The position numbers and the translations under genes were made by a program. A DNA stretch of 63,849 nt, filler included, from Platydemus manokwari (lineage: Eukaryota), in the NCBI GenBank assembly GCA_037951405.1. It is 6 parts of 6 records of this genome, joined end to end, with 100 filler letters (N's around TTAATTAATTAA, not from the genome) between each part and the next. Parts side by side here need not be neighbours in the genome. Positions count along the whole stretch, not along the records: positions 37,510 to 53,992 come from JBBMOY011170322.1; 5 more parts are not named here. One strand, given 5' to 3'. Positions 38,600-52,562 of the stretch are shown in pieces (the first letter of the stretch is position 1; each line of letters opens with the position of its first letter). The notes beneath the pieces were generated by a model. It did no database searches, was not told the origin of the DNA, and worked only from the letters and a program-made list of their open reading frames with translations.

Positions 38600-39380
38600 G
38601 CTTCGACAAAAACTTTGTCAATCATCGGGCTTAGAAAATAGAAAAATTCCCAATAGACTGAAATGAATCAAAGTCTCCAAGCATAAACATTATTGCATGC
38701 TGTTATTTTCTCATCAACTAAAATATCATAATCACTACCATGATCGTTTTAAGATCTTCATTAGCTTAACCGAAATCTGAACTTATTATCATTCTCAAGT
38801 TTCAGTCTTTAGTATCTATCTTCCAAACCCAATCTGACAACAAACTTCTCGCAAATAAAAACTTAATATACTAGATTAGGGGATAATAAATCCTTTCCCA
38901 TTTAATGTCTCATAAACATCATTCATCAAAACCAACAACTGATTTCCAATATATTCAAACGATCCAATTACTCTCTCCAACTCACTTTATTTACATACTG
39001 ATCAAATCCTCAAAAGAATTTTGGCACAGTGAAGTCAAAAAATGCTCACAAAAATTTAAACAAACCAATCGAGAATCCTCGTCAAACAATTGCCACCAAA
39101 TGGCAGACATATCAATCAAAAGCAAAACCTTCAAAGACAAGTATCCTAAATTGCTCAACAAATCGACTCCAATCTTTACGTAAAATACCTTTATACAACA
39201 CACTGCACAAACAACTGGAAAACTACAAGAATTGGAGTTGAAACTTCTTTATCATACTAAATGCTCACCAAGCCAGGACCCTACTGATTCCGACAATGAT
39301 GAAAAACTTGTATTCTAGAAATTCATTGACTGTCGTTCAACACGGTTTCATACCATCGGTCTGAACAAACTGCCACTTAA
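38600..39380 (+). mobile_element. Highly decayed APE-type LINE (CR1/L2-like) fragment
   Basis: Endonuclease-like ISLTE and LGD pieces, and RT motif LTVVQHGFIPS near 39320-39355. A/C-rich sense strand. May extend left toward ~37600. Confidence 0.45.
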
Positions 39381-40115
39381 ATAGCAATAGTGTATAGGTG
39401 CATATTTTGTCACTTATCAACCAACTTTGCCTATTTTCTACAAATTTTATCTTTGACGACCTAATAATTTAGCGTTATTTAACGCTAAAGAAATAATAAA
39501 TAAAATATTTTATGAACTCAAATAGCGCTGGGGTAAATTTAACACAAACCCATAATAAAAAATAAGTCTAATATTGAACCATTTCCTGAAGTTATTACTC
39601 AGTCTTTAGCAATAAATTAGCATAAATCTCATTTTGAGTCACATTATTAGAGACTAATTTCGAACCAATTCAGTAAGCCTATTTATACTACAAAAGTGGA
39701 TTGCTATAGAAAATTTCATAGCTCTCGTTAGTTTATAAGGAATTTGTAGTGATTCATTGCATTTTTATAAAGTTATGGATATCAAATATGGATATTAAAT
39801 CATCAAATTAAATCATCACAACACCGACTAAACACGCATATTAAATTTGCAAATACAATAAACGCATTTTTTCTTACTTATTTTGACTAATCTTTAAGAA
39901 AATTACTAAATCTTTCAATAAAAAAATACAAGGCATTCATATATCTACTAAGTAATGAGATTTACCTGATATTAAGCAAACATGCCACCTTCAGTTATAA
40001 ATTTATATTTAATGATCATACATAAATTGTATTGATAATATAAGCTTTATTAACATTACAAAATAAGAAATGACTTTTATAAATTAAAAATACATTTTCC
40101 ACATTTTTTAAATTG

Positions 40116-40595
40116 TTAAAAATCAGTTTTTGTTCTTATTGATTTTGCTTTCCGTTGACATGCTTGAAAATTTACAGCTTGATCAAGTACAACATGATCT
40201 TTATTTTCTGATTGAAGACTTATATTTAAATTATGATCACATAACATTTCATCATTGTCATCTGTATTGATCAAATCAAATTTCTTAGTACACACAGATT
40301 TCAAATTGATATCGACTGGTGGACTAGCATGCTTATTTCTGATTTCGCTCATAAATGAATTAAAAGCATTTAAATTATCTTCATCATTCATTTCAGTACA
40401 ATTTAATTGATATTTAATATATTTATTGATTTGTGAATTGTTTTCAACATTTTCATTTACAACGCAAGGAAGAGTGTCAGATTCATCATCAGATGACAAC
40501 ACCATATTCACATCATTCTGGTTTGATAGTGAAGCTTGACTTACTAAATCATCAATTCCTTTAAAAGTATCTTTAGCATGATTATTAAAATTAGG
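40116..40595 (-). CDS. Unidentified N/D-rich open frame, possibly the terminal exon of an unknown gene
   Basis: ~160 stop-free codons in very AT-rich DNA. No recognisable domain. No ATG at the 5' end (track uses TTG). Confidence 0.35.
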   Translation of the reverse strand, partial: PNFNNHAKDTFKGIDDLVSQASLSNQNDVNMVLSSDDESDTLPCVVNENVENNSQINKYIKYQLNCTEMNDEDNLNAFNSFMSEIRNKHASPPVDINLKSVCTKKFDLINTDDNDEMLCDHNLNISLQSENKDHVVLDQAVNFQACQRKAKSIRTKTDF

Positions 40596-40702
40596 TTCTC
40601 CAGTAATATAAAACATCAAATTTAGATATTAAACTTATAAATATTATTAAAACAAATGAAATATAAATTAGTCAAACAAAATTCTCATTTTTTGGATAAT
40701 TC

Positions 40703-41713
40703 GGCTAAAGTTAAAAATAGAGTCCTAAAATAAAGTTTTTAAATTGTGGAATGTATTGCAAAAATCTATATAGTTTAATTTAATTTAAATTAAATTGAAA
40801 TAAATTCTTTAATAACATTTTGAATTTTTTATTTAAGTACTTGAGTAAATTTTAGTTATTTAGAATCAAATAATACATACACAGGATTTTTAAAATCTCC
40901 TAAAAATTAATTATTTGAAAAACGGGCCAAAGTAGGTCAAAATGCAATTAATTGAAAATTAGCGAGGACCCCTTTTTTAACATTAGAAGCAATCAGAAAA
41001 GTATCTAAGATTTTTAGAGTTATTTTATAAAAAAAGTGACTTCGAAATTATTGAGAAGTGCCAGGAACAAGGTACTTGTGTTTTATCCCAAAAAAGTATA
41101 TTAATGTATATTTAATAGATTGGATACATAGATCCAAAACCTGTCGATATTGTAATGAAATGAAGATTTGATCCAAATCAAATAAATCATGTGATTGAAG
41201 ATTCTACAAATATATAAGTTTCGAAATTCAAATAGGAACTTGGTTCAACAATTCAGCCTTCTCCCTTTTCGAAATTCTGAATAAAGTATTTTTGGTGCAC
41301 GGGCTCAAACAAAAAAAATATTTACAAAATGATATCCATTAGTAAACTAACAATGAAAAAATATTGAAAAATTTATTAAAGTAAAACCAACAATTTAAAA
41401 TTATTTATTAAGATACAACAAAATTTTTAGATTCCTCACCAATGAAGAAATATCTTGGCATATAAATATAATTACAGGCCTACATATAGTCATAGAAATT
41501 GACGAGAAATGTTTTGAAAGTGCCAAATATAGTAGCCAGCATCGAATACTTGGTTTTTGATAGTTAGAGTTGATTTTTAGTTATTAATCTAAAATTGAAT
41601 TTTGTGTAAAAATTTCATTAAAAAATAATTACAAATAAATTTTAATATCAAATAACTCACGAAAAGTTATTACTTTGAAATTAGATCAAAGGACCCTTTT
41701 CTTAACTTAAGCA
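40703..41713 (+). mobile_element. Merlin (IS1595-related) DNA transposon, internally deleted
   Basis: GG-starting TIRs: ggctaaagttaaaaatagagtcct and aggacccttttcttaacttaagca. Transposase remnants IQIGTWFNNSAFSLFEIL and GLHIVIEIDEKCFESAKY match Merlin SIRxGTWF and VEIDESxFGKRKY. No clean TSD seen. Confidence 0.8.
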
Positions 41714-42099
41714 TTTATTATTTTATTAAATTTAAATGACATTTCAAGTTATATTAGTCTTTATAAAATAAAACCAACTAATCAATATCTTAGAAAATAA
41801 TGCACACTCTAAACGTGAAACTCGAAAAAAAGATATTAAAAAGAATTAATAGAAAACATTTAAAGATCAAAAAAACTCTGGAATTAACTTTAAACAGTTT
41901 TTCTTATTTTTTGATAAGTTAATCTAAAGATTTGTTAAAAATCGTTTGATGCTTCATATAGTTATGTTGCTTTATTGTGTTCAAGTTTTGATTATTATCA
42001 GCACTAAAATATAAGATTACCATCTATATGTTAATGACTTCCTTATTTCATTAAGAAAATAAGATCTACTTGATGTTTGAATAGATTCTGGAAAAATGA

Positions 42100-43100
42100 C
42101 TAGAAAAAAATAAAATGTTTTAAAGGTAAAATTACCCACAGAAAACAGAGACTATCAATGTTCAATCATTGATAAGCATCTTTTGGTAATTAACCATTGA
42201 ATCTAACAACAAAAAGATGTCTGAGAAAGTAGAGAAGGCATTTTAGATTCACAGTTATGTAAGTAAGGAAAGTCATACTTGATTGAAATGAAAATAGCAG
42301 AAAGGTTAATGAAAAAATCAAAAATAAATGGTTATATAATTAGAAGGTAAAAATAACTACAACAAATTAGGAACATAGATATATTCAAAATACATATTGA
42401 CAATTTTATCTAAGATCCAATAAGGTTTTAATAACTATTTATAGCTGACACAAATATGTGAGAATCAGTTCAAATGTTACAGGAAACATATTCAGATACT
42501 GTCACGTTCCAGTGGGAGCTTAAATAAAAAGCAGTTTTTGATCATGAAGGGCATGTGAAAACAGAAGTGTAATGAGGACTAACTTTTAAAGACATCCTAA
42601 CAAGGTTGGAAAACTATATAATGATTCCAATACACAACTGATTAAATTTCAAATTATCAATGATCAAGACGAAATTATTTCTAAATTATTCCTAAGAAAT
42701 TATTTGGAAAATTCTATAGATTTTGCAGAGAAGCATTGGTTTTGTAAGGACAATTATTGTGTAGTTGAGTAGATTCCTGAATTGAAAGATATATCAGCCT
42801 TCTTACAATACCAAAACGTAATAACATCAAGTGGTATCAACAAATGCTGTTCACTCCATATGTGAATAAACAGAATGGTATCCATAATACGTCTAATATA
42901 ATCCAGTAAAGAGCAGTTAATGATGTTGCTGTCACTTTAATAGAAAAAGTTATTATAAAATGTGGAAGAAACAGCGGAAGATAAATTTACAACGTTTGAA
43001 AGTACATTTCTTAGAGAATACAAATTACCAATTAACAAAGATATTGAGCCTGAATGATCAGACCAGTATTGCGGAAATATGTGGGGAACCAATCAGGCCA
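42100..43100 (+). mobile_element. Possible Zator-like transposase remnant
   Basis: Decayed coding-like DNA with KIHIDNF, KYVRE, EKHWFCKDNY and INKCCS fragments reminiscent of Zator motifs. Heavily degenerate. Confidence 0.3.
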
Positions 43101-43899
43101 TTTTGACTCAACCAAAAGAAATAAAAATATATAGAAATTAATATAATTTTTTTTAAATAAGACAAATTGTAAAAATAACAATATTAAAAATCATAAGTAT
43201 ATCATAAAAATAAGACAAATAAAAAGCGTGTTTTAATATATCAAAAATTATACTTGTTTAAGTATTCCGAATAGTTATATTATCCTTGCATCCTCAAGGT
43301 CATAAAATTGTTCAACAAAAACTATTTTTGGTAACTAAATAAGTCCTAAAAATATGTTGGGGTTTTCAATTAAAGAACAATTATAAAACAGTAACATAAT
43401 CTTGATAAAAAACTGTATGTGTATAAAAGTATTAATAATTTTATAATAAGTGTATAGAAGTATAAAGTTTTTATAATTAGTTTTATGAAAAGGAAATTGT
43501 AACATTCATAAGAACCTGATGCTGATGAATTATTTAATTAAAAGTTGTTATGCTTGAAACAACTGTTTTGTTATCCGCAATGTAGCGATGTATTTTGGTT
43601 TTATTATTTTGACAATTCGCATTGTAGCGAAATATCTAATTTTATTGTAACTATTTGACGATACAATTCAGGAGTTTAATAAATATTATATTACGTAATA
43701 ATATATTTTTGATAATTATAAATGAAATTTAAAATAATTTATATCTATAAAAAGAATTAAATGATTTCATGGCAAGCGATTAAAAACAATAGGGTCTTCT
43801 TAATAAATAATTAAGGATATTTTCTTTCTAAAATTAGTAACCATTATTTTATTTTGGTACGACTTTCAAACAGTATAAATAGAGTTATAAACATCATAA

Positions 43900-44586
43900 C
43901 TCGGCCTTAAGTTAGAAACCACTAGGCCTTAGTGCGTTATTCTGTGAGACATCGATTTTGAGGATACATTTGCCATAAGAAGATTTGTTCAAGTATATGC
44001 CCTTCGAATTCATTGTTTGCCATCAAATCAAGTGAGTTAGATCTTAGTGTAAAATCATAATCAATATTATATATCGTACATCACGCTATCATTATATTAT
44101 CGAGCTTTGTCTCAACTATCTTGTAGGTAAAGGTTCGGCTTCTAGAGTTGAAGTTTGCAACCGTATTCTTTATCCAGAATTGTAAGCGTCATCGTTTAGG
44201 TTATTTTATATCGGTGTATAATAGTAGTTGTAAAACAAAACATTTATAATTGTACAATTTTTCATATTGATAATAGACGTATTGTAGATGTCAATTGTTG
44301 TGTTGTTGATCACATAGTTCATGGGTTTAAGATATTTAATTGTGAGACTGATTGAGAATAAAATACTATTTGAGACTGATAAATATATTAACTGGATCAT
44401 TGCTGCCTATCATGCTATCTCAATATAGTACTGATAGCGAGGTGAAGAACGAAAATTGTAAGATTAGGTTTCAATTGTGTACCTTAAGGGGTTGATCAGA
44501 GCTCACAGAGACTGATCAGATCCGCAATAGAATTTGATATTAGAGACTGATAGTTAAAATAAATCAAGCAACCCCAAAACACAACA
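43900..44586 (-). mobile_element. Solo LTR-like repeat, copy B
   Basis: Homologous blocks and the same terminus (...agcaaccccaaaacacaaca) as 10690-11361. Confidence 0.6.
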
Positions 44587-44632
44587 AATAGATTACCCCA
44601 ATTTAGTTAAATAATCAACTAAAATTATGAGC

Positions 44633-47200
44633 TGTTACTAAATTTAGCACTGGTGGGTAAAAATTGATACTAATAGTAACAAATGTAGGCAATCTGCCTA
44701 GCACTGCACACAAAGCACGTTGAACAGTATAAAAGCTAACAGCAATAGTCAGTCAACGCACTTTATAGACAGGCACGATTTGAATTATACCACATGATTA
44801 ACGAAGCTGATTATTAAATTGTACGATACGTTCCAAGAAGCTAATTATTGAATTATACGACACGCTCTGAAGAAAATTATTACCGATTCGGATTACTGGA
44901 AATATTTTTGATTATTATCTACCCAATGAGTAAATTTTTTATTATAATTAAATCTCAACCCATGGCTAGCTTTAGCCTTGTGGTCCTTTAAAATTACTAA
45001 GCACATCTTAACAGTTCTCTATTTTCATTTTTTATTGACAAGCTTGCCCGGCCACATAAGTGGCACGCTCTTTACTGTTACTAGAGGGTTCTTTTACTCC
45101 CACAATAGATTTATATTTGTCTTGAAGTTATTTAAAAGTATTATTGTTCAAATCATTTGTTTATTCATTTGTTGATTAATATATTCTATCGTGTTATTTT
45201 ATTCATTTTTATTATTTATATTGTAAATATTATTTTTATTATACCCGAGCATAGACGAAGCAACAATCTTACCTGCCTTGAGTCCAGATAAGTTGAAGAT
45301 TATAGAGTGATAGTTAAGTTTTATTATAAACTATATTACAAATCCTTATAATTATTTCATACTTATTGATTAATATTTTTTACAAATTGTACATTTGTAA
45401 TTTGAAACTTTTATTTATATTAAACACCTACAATCTTTACCAAATATCACGATGTAGCCACCAGAATTTTAGCCCAACGAATAACTTAAGAATAATGAGA
45501 TGATAGTAATGAACAAAGACGACCCAGTATGGAGGTTGCGGGGAGTTGAAAATCACATCAATGTATTACGAACAATCAAATTTCAGCACTGTCAAGAATT
45601 TATTTAATAACCTCAAGAGCTTCAGCTGAAACTGGAGACTCGAAGTTCCAACTCATCAAATGCCATAAAATGAGCAAGGAAGCATGTGTTATTCAGTATT
45701 CAAATAGAAGAATATCAAGCATTGTAAAAAGCGTGGTAAGAGCAAAAAGCATGTTTACGATCCATTATTGAAATTTGGAGAGGTTTAAGTTGATAATAAA
45801 TTGAAAGTAGTGAGCACAGGATTAAATGATCATTAATTAACATAAATTTAGTAGGGCCATTTAGTACAGTAGTAATTTTCAAAAAAAATAACCATAATGA
45901 TAATAAACTAAGAATGCAGACACTATAATTAAGTTCTGTGTTAAAGAAAATGATACTCATTATTTATCGGGTACGTAGTCGGAGCAATTTAAGTTCGGCA
46001 GAATTGTATAGAAATGACTAATAATCAAACTATAGACAAGGTGAATTCTATACAATGTACTAGAGTAAGCTTAAAAACAAACCTCACTATCGGAATAGTT
46101 CTTTGAACAATTAAAGTCAATTGATTGCTTGATATTCATAAAGTGACTTCAAAATCTAAAATCAATTAGTCCACCAACACATTTTAGTTTTAGACATGTT
46201 AGAAATATATTTCAGTTAAAAGAGTAGTTTTTGATAAATGAACATAAATTTTACACCAAATAATCAAATCTTTTGGTTCCTACAGCAAATAAATAATAAA
46301 ATCCATATCATAAAATCATAAAGAAAAACCTAGCGTTCTTGTATTCACGCCAAGATTATTTCATCAATTTGTTTTGTAAAATAATATGGTTGAGTCAACT
46401 TGTACGAACATTGTGATCAATACGTATTAATTAAAATCGAAACTAATTTTTACAAACATACTATAAAATTGTATAAAATATTTGGAAAATCTAATGTAAG
46501 AGCAGATTTTCAATTCAAGACTCCAAACTTGATGGATACAAAGTATACTAGAGGTGAGCGCAGTTAGGCTATTAAAAATATCATCAACCATCAATCTGAT
46601 GAAGAAAATATAACAAAAATTCATCGCAAAAACTTAAATATTGAAAGCAATCATTGGAAAATGAAACAATGCATCGATATTCAGTTGGATATTATATGAC
46701 GAAAACGATAACTTTAAAGTTTATCAAATACCTCTGATGAAATACTAAAATATTATGGTGGGACAAATCTTTTAGTATCAATGTCAATGCAACAACCACT
46801 GTTGTTAGTGTCCATACTATGAAATGTCAAAGCTGACGTATACCAAATGCAAAACATGCAGTAAATTAAAACAAGAGTATTACTGGAAAAATATGACAAA
46901 TGACGTTGAGAAATAATGTAAGTAATGCGAACTAAGAGGAGAAACACCGGCAAATTAAATCATGTTGGAGATACAACCATACAACACATCCCAGAAAAAA
47001 CAACAAATAGAATATTCAAACAGAATAACTCCTAAACAAACCTGAAACCAAGTTGCCAGCAATTTGAGTTTCCCAATTTCAACCCTTTCATCAGCTGCAT
47101 AACAGACCTCTGTAAACCTCATACAAAAAAAACCAACAACAGTAGTAGACAGCGATGAGAAAACCCAGTAATTCAAACCATTTGGAATTCAAAAAGCCAG
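44633..47200 (+). mobile_element. Decayed LTR retrotransposon: LTR-like segment and gag remnant
   Basis: Starts TGTTAC, has TATAAAAG at ~44728 and a PBS-like TGGCACGC at 45061. Downstream gag-like QSLENETMHRY (~46650) and knuckle-like CKTCSKL (~46850). Confidence 0.4.
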
Positions 47201-49081
47201 CAATTCCCAATTGTCGGTGATCAATCTAATACAATAAAGAAATAATTAAGAATAAAGTACTATAAACTTTGACTGAATATTGATTCAAGTGATTCGTTTT
47301 TGACGTTGTTATGATTCAAGTGATATTCACAGTAAATTAAGATTATGATGGTTCTTTGAATATTTTATTGAATGTAGTTTTGTTTTGAGAACAATAACCT
47401 CTCACTTTATACTCTGAAATTGATTCAATTTAATTACAATGTTAATGAGTGTGATAAAGAAATTGTACAAAATTTTCATAAATGTTAAATATTATCCATA
47501 GAAAAAAGTAACGAATTATTTAAATAATAATTAAAGAAATGGTGCAGTGAATTTAAATAAATTGTATTTAATAAAATGAATAAATTGTTATTAATATAAA
47601 TAATTATTAGAAAAAAATTGTAAAATAAATAAAGAGAAAAAAACAGATAAAATAATAATAATTATTATTAAAGAACAAATATAATCATAATAACAAAATA
47701 AAATTAACAAGAAAGACATCAATTAAAGTTAATGAAGTGCGAAAAATCTAGAAAAATAGAAATTCAAGAAGGGTAGAATTCGGATTTTAAAATGCTGAAA
47801 GTTGAATTTATAATAATGAAGGTTGAAGACTAAAACATAGGAGATATATTTCCAACACCATGTTTTAAATATTATTTTGGTTCATCGAAAAATAACTCAA
47901 CCTTGCAGTAATCAATTTGTTTAACTTTCAGATAATTTCAGTTTTACTGGAAATTTCGTTATCATACTGATTACCGAAGCCCTTTACTACCGAAATATAT
48001 TATTGATAATAAGATCCAATTATAAGTTATACGCTCTGCGCGATTGATATAATGGACCCGTAGCTTTTAATACCAAAGATAAATCGATATTTGGTCAATT
48101 TTGTTATTATTTTACATGAATGTAACAATTGTTGTTGCCAAGATCGGATTTGAAAATAAAATTTCTGTAATAACAATATAAAGCTGCAAGTGATCAGAAA
48201 ACATATGATTTCTATACTTTTTTCTCCAGAAACAACTCGATGAATATTTTGATTTATCAATCTATTTGCTAAATAATAATATTGTTACTAATAATATATA
48301 CCCATTAAATATCCATAATTATTGTCTCCATACTTGCGTTAGCTAGTAACCAAGTAAAGTAGAGAATTAACAATCCTCGTTGGGTTGTTAGTGTTACAAA
48401 GTATCATAAGCAACTATCAACAACCATTAACATTTATTATAATGTCAACACTTTTTATAGAGAAATTCTTGAAAGATTTCGACAATTATAAAATCGATAT
48501 ACTCTATATTTTGAGATAATTATAATTGAACGTCTTATAATTCCTCCAGATGTTAATTTGTTTATAAAGTTAATGTTCAATTTTCAAGGAATTTAGTTTT
48601 TATTATAACATATTTATTTTTGGTTGTAGATTGAAAATAAGCCTCGTACAATTTGTAATAAAACGAACTATACAAGTATAATTTTAAAATTTGCTGTTAA
48701 TAAAATGAGATAATATCCACAACAAATAAACTTTACCTTAAAACATTATTTCTTGTAGTTATTGCGAGATTCGATAAAAATATGCTAAACGTTTTATTTA
48801 ATTATCATAATATTTAAACATATTCAAATTGTTAATAACGTTCTTGCTAAAGAATTAAAAATACTTTAAAGGCAAATAAATTTAATGTTAGAATCTTGAT
48901 TGAATAACCCATTTTTAAAAATGAAAAACAAATTAATAATTTTATTAATTTACAAATACAGACTCTTTCTTCAATTTTAATTTCATTGTACAGATTCGCC
49001 AAATAAACCAATAAAAACTTCTTTTACAATTAAATTAAAAATATTGTTTTGGAAACAATATTTTGTAATCATCTTTAGACA

Positions 49082-52000
49082 TTAATAATTTTCTGGTGGA
49101 TCTTCCTGAACAGCTACTCGTTTCTCTGTTCGTTCTTTCATCCATTCGGAATACCCAACAGATTTTCTTTGCCTAAATCGAGAAAATAGATCCTCCTTGG
49201 TATGCGAACCGACTCCAAAACAATGATCATTTTGTAAGGTATGATCACTAGATTCTCCGAAATTATCGGATTTAGTTTTCTGAAATGTATTAATAAAATT
49301 TATTCTAATATTCTAGCTGAGTAAATGTAGTAAAAAATTATTTTACAGTATCACAAAATGTTTGACATCAAAAGCAGGTGGATCAAATAAAAATGACGAC
49401 AATAAATATTTAAAATATATTTGATTTAGTTTTTAGCTTTTATTAAGTATTAGCTTTTAGCTTTATAGTAAACTCGTGTAAAGTTAACGAAAATGTGAAT
49501 TTTAGAAAAATATCAATATTTATCAGACATATTTCCAAAAAGCAAAATATGCATGACCCATAAATTATGTGGTTGATCCTATCATTGCTATCATATACAA
49601 TATAATAAATCCAACAACTTGTACAAAATTGGCATAATCTTTCAAAGCAAATAAAACTAGATTGATTTAACACAGAATTTGTAAAACAGTTAAAGTCATG
49701 AGTATTAAAAGTTTTATTTCAAATTCGTGATTTTCATAATACCCTATACATTCTAATAAGGTAATAACTTGAAAATATATATTTACGAAACTTTAAAACT
49801 GGAATATCATAAATTAACTATGTCCATAAACATTTTGTCTTACATTGTGATTAGTCTCATAGTCAGATCTTGATCTTGGAGATCTAGACAAACTTCGTGA
49901 TCTGCTGTATGACCTAAAAAAAATTTAATAAAAAAATAAATTATTAAAAATACCTAGAACGGCTTTTACGGGCTATAAATCCTCCTTTATATGGTCGTTT
50001 TTCGCTGCTTCTAGAAGACCTGGAAGATCGAGATCGTGATCTAGATCTTGAATATGTCCTTGATCTACTTCTGGAATACCTTGATGAATGTGACCTCGAT
50101 CTTGATCTTGAAATCGATCTATCGTATGGTGACCTAGACCTTGAGACATATCGTCTTCGTAATCTATTTCTATCATTATATGAACCTTCTTCAGAATTTC
50201 GAGAATAAGTATCTCTTTTGGATCTAGAATTTTGATGTCTTTTAAAATTGTTCGAAATATCAAGACTCATAAGAGGAGTAACTTTTGGAGGCATGTTTCG
50301 ATGAGGGCCTCCTAACAGGCTTGGGGCAACTCGATTGTTTGAATTATAATTTAAATTCCTTGCTAACAACATGTCTTGAGTATTATTAAATGGCTGATGA
50401 CGAAATTCTTCCCATGGTGTTCCCAATAATGATCTTTGATTATTAATTCTTGGACTGCAATTAGAAGGGGAATTTCCGTATTGAGAATGATGCAAATTAT
50501 ATTCTGCATTTGAACATTTATGATCGGAGAAAGATTGCCTAAAATCATTCATATCATTGATTTCCATATGACGATAATCAGTATCCATAAGCCGATCGTT
50601 CATTTGAATAGTTTCGTGAAAATCATCTTCATTTTGTCGTTCATGGAGACTATTGATAAAATCATCCGGAATTTCACCATTTTTTGCTTTTTCTTTGGCT
50701 TTATAAAACTCATGCAATGCCAATTTCTCCCAACCTTCAGTATCTCTAGGTCTGTCGTGGCTTGGTGGTTGGTAGAACGTATTTGTTATATCTATCAATC
50801 GTTTGGAAGGAGGACGTAATTGTGGTAAATGTATTGCATTAGCATCAATTGGTATATAATCATATTGGGCTAATTTTAAATGTGCAACCATTACAGCTGC
50901 AGGCAAGCGCCAATATGGTATGGATGGACGTTCCGGACGAGATTTGATTACAAATTCAGGCTGTTGTGGTTGTAGAGTCATAAATTGATGCTCGGTATTA
51001 GGACAGGGTAGGTCAATCATTGAAAAGCCAGGTGGCGGTCTAGTAAAATCAGGCATATGAAAAGACAGATCATAATTCTGTGTTAAAGGCATTGAATATT
51101 CATTTTCTTGATAATCTGAGTAATTCTGATGAATTGATTCCCTAGGAGCTTTGCGATTTTCTGCTTCTGACATTTTTATTTCACGTTCAAGCTGGAAAAA
51201 TGTACAATATAGGAATTAATTAAAAAATAATTTAATAAAATGGCAGATACAATTAATTAATTTTAAATTAGTCAAATAAAATCACTCACTTGATATATCT
51301 CTAATTGTATATTTTCTTCCTCAATCTTTAATTCGTATTTGAGTTGATTGTGATTTGCTTCCAAATTGCTTAATCTCATTTTAGATTCCGAAAATATACC
51401 AGAAATTGTTTCACCGATAGGTAAATTTGTATCGCGCAAAATACCTTCATCTTCTTCGCGCTTCATTGTATTAATTTCATTTTCTTGCCATTCATTAAGA
51501 TAAACACCAGGATTATCATTTGACAATCTCATTGACTGCAATATTTCAGTCCTAACATAATTATTCGATTCCCATAAGGATAAGACCTTATATAGTTTAG
51601 TTTTTCCTTCTTCATCGGCTATCAAAACACACATTGAATAAATAAGAACAAGTACTGATTCAATAGCTTGAAGAAGATTAGGAACTGTTTTTCTTTTGCA
51701 GTAATGCAAAAGGTCATTTAAAAAATATATAATGTGCAACTTTTCCACAAATAAATTTGACTTGGAAACTCGAGAAAGAAGATAATCGCAAATAAGTAGT
51801 GAAGTTTTGTTATCTTTCATCATATTTTCAATTACAAAATTTTTTCCATTACATATATTTTCTTTTGTACAACTGGCTATTAATGCTTGGACAATATTTT
51901 CTAACACTTCAAAATTTATATTGTGATCTTTGCAGCGATCTTTAATTTTATTTAATCGGTAATACTCTACAGAATTTAAGCATTTCGAAACTTTTTCCTT

Positions 52001-52562
52001 GTTAATCATTGCAGATTCAGTTGTTAAATTTTGCTGACTGTCACTCAATTTTTTGTAATGATCTTCTTGCAAGGAAGTGAGAGATATCTTCAAATTTTCT
52101 AATCTTTTATTCATTTCATTAATCATATTGTAATTTTGAAAATAGTCAGTTTGTGTGAAATCAAAGCCATGTGCATACTGATTAGAAGACGGTGTGAAAG
52201 ATGTGGTAGATTTCTAATAAAATTAAAAATGATAAATACTCAATTAAATAGTAATTCGTACCAATAGTAAAAGTGAGAAATTAAATAAGTGACGAATTTA
52301 AATTTCTTACATTTTCTAAATAATCTGACGTATTGTGATGCATGTGACTTTCATTTTCTAACAGCATTCTTTCTTCTGACAATCTATATTGGTAGTAATC
52401 ACTGTAGATTCCTCCAAATAAAAATTCAAACATAGGATTTCCTTGTTGCTTTTGTTTAGTCATTAGCTCAAACTCAATTCCATTTTTAGCAACAAAATTG
52501 GCAAGTCTATCTATGACATTTCGTTGTTCTATCTCTTCTGGGTAAAAATAATTACTGTTCAT
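49082..52562 (-). CDS. CHERP: Calcium homeostasis endoplasmic reticulum protein (splicing factor); exons 52562-52311, 52213-51290, 51191-49954, 49913-49844, 49279-49082 (~893 aa)
   Basis: SURP domain (QRNVIDRLANFVAKNGIEFELMTKQKQQGNPMFEFLFGG), CID domain (CTKENICNGK...KLHIIYFLNDLLHYC), CHERP-typical YWRLPAAVM...YIPID...PPSHDRPRDTEGWEKLALHEFY, RS region, and terminal GVG...EDLFSRFRQRKS. Phase-consistent GT-AG introns, 2682 nt. Confidence 0.93.

Noticed and set aside
47055-47100. Minus-strand CTGATGA-aagggtt-GAAA hammerhead-like core
   Set aside because: Stems I and III do not pair properly, and it lies in a decayed gag-like region.
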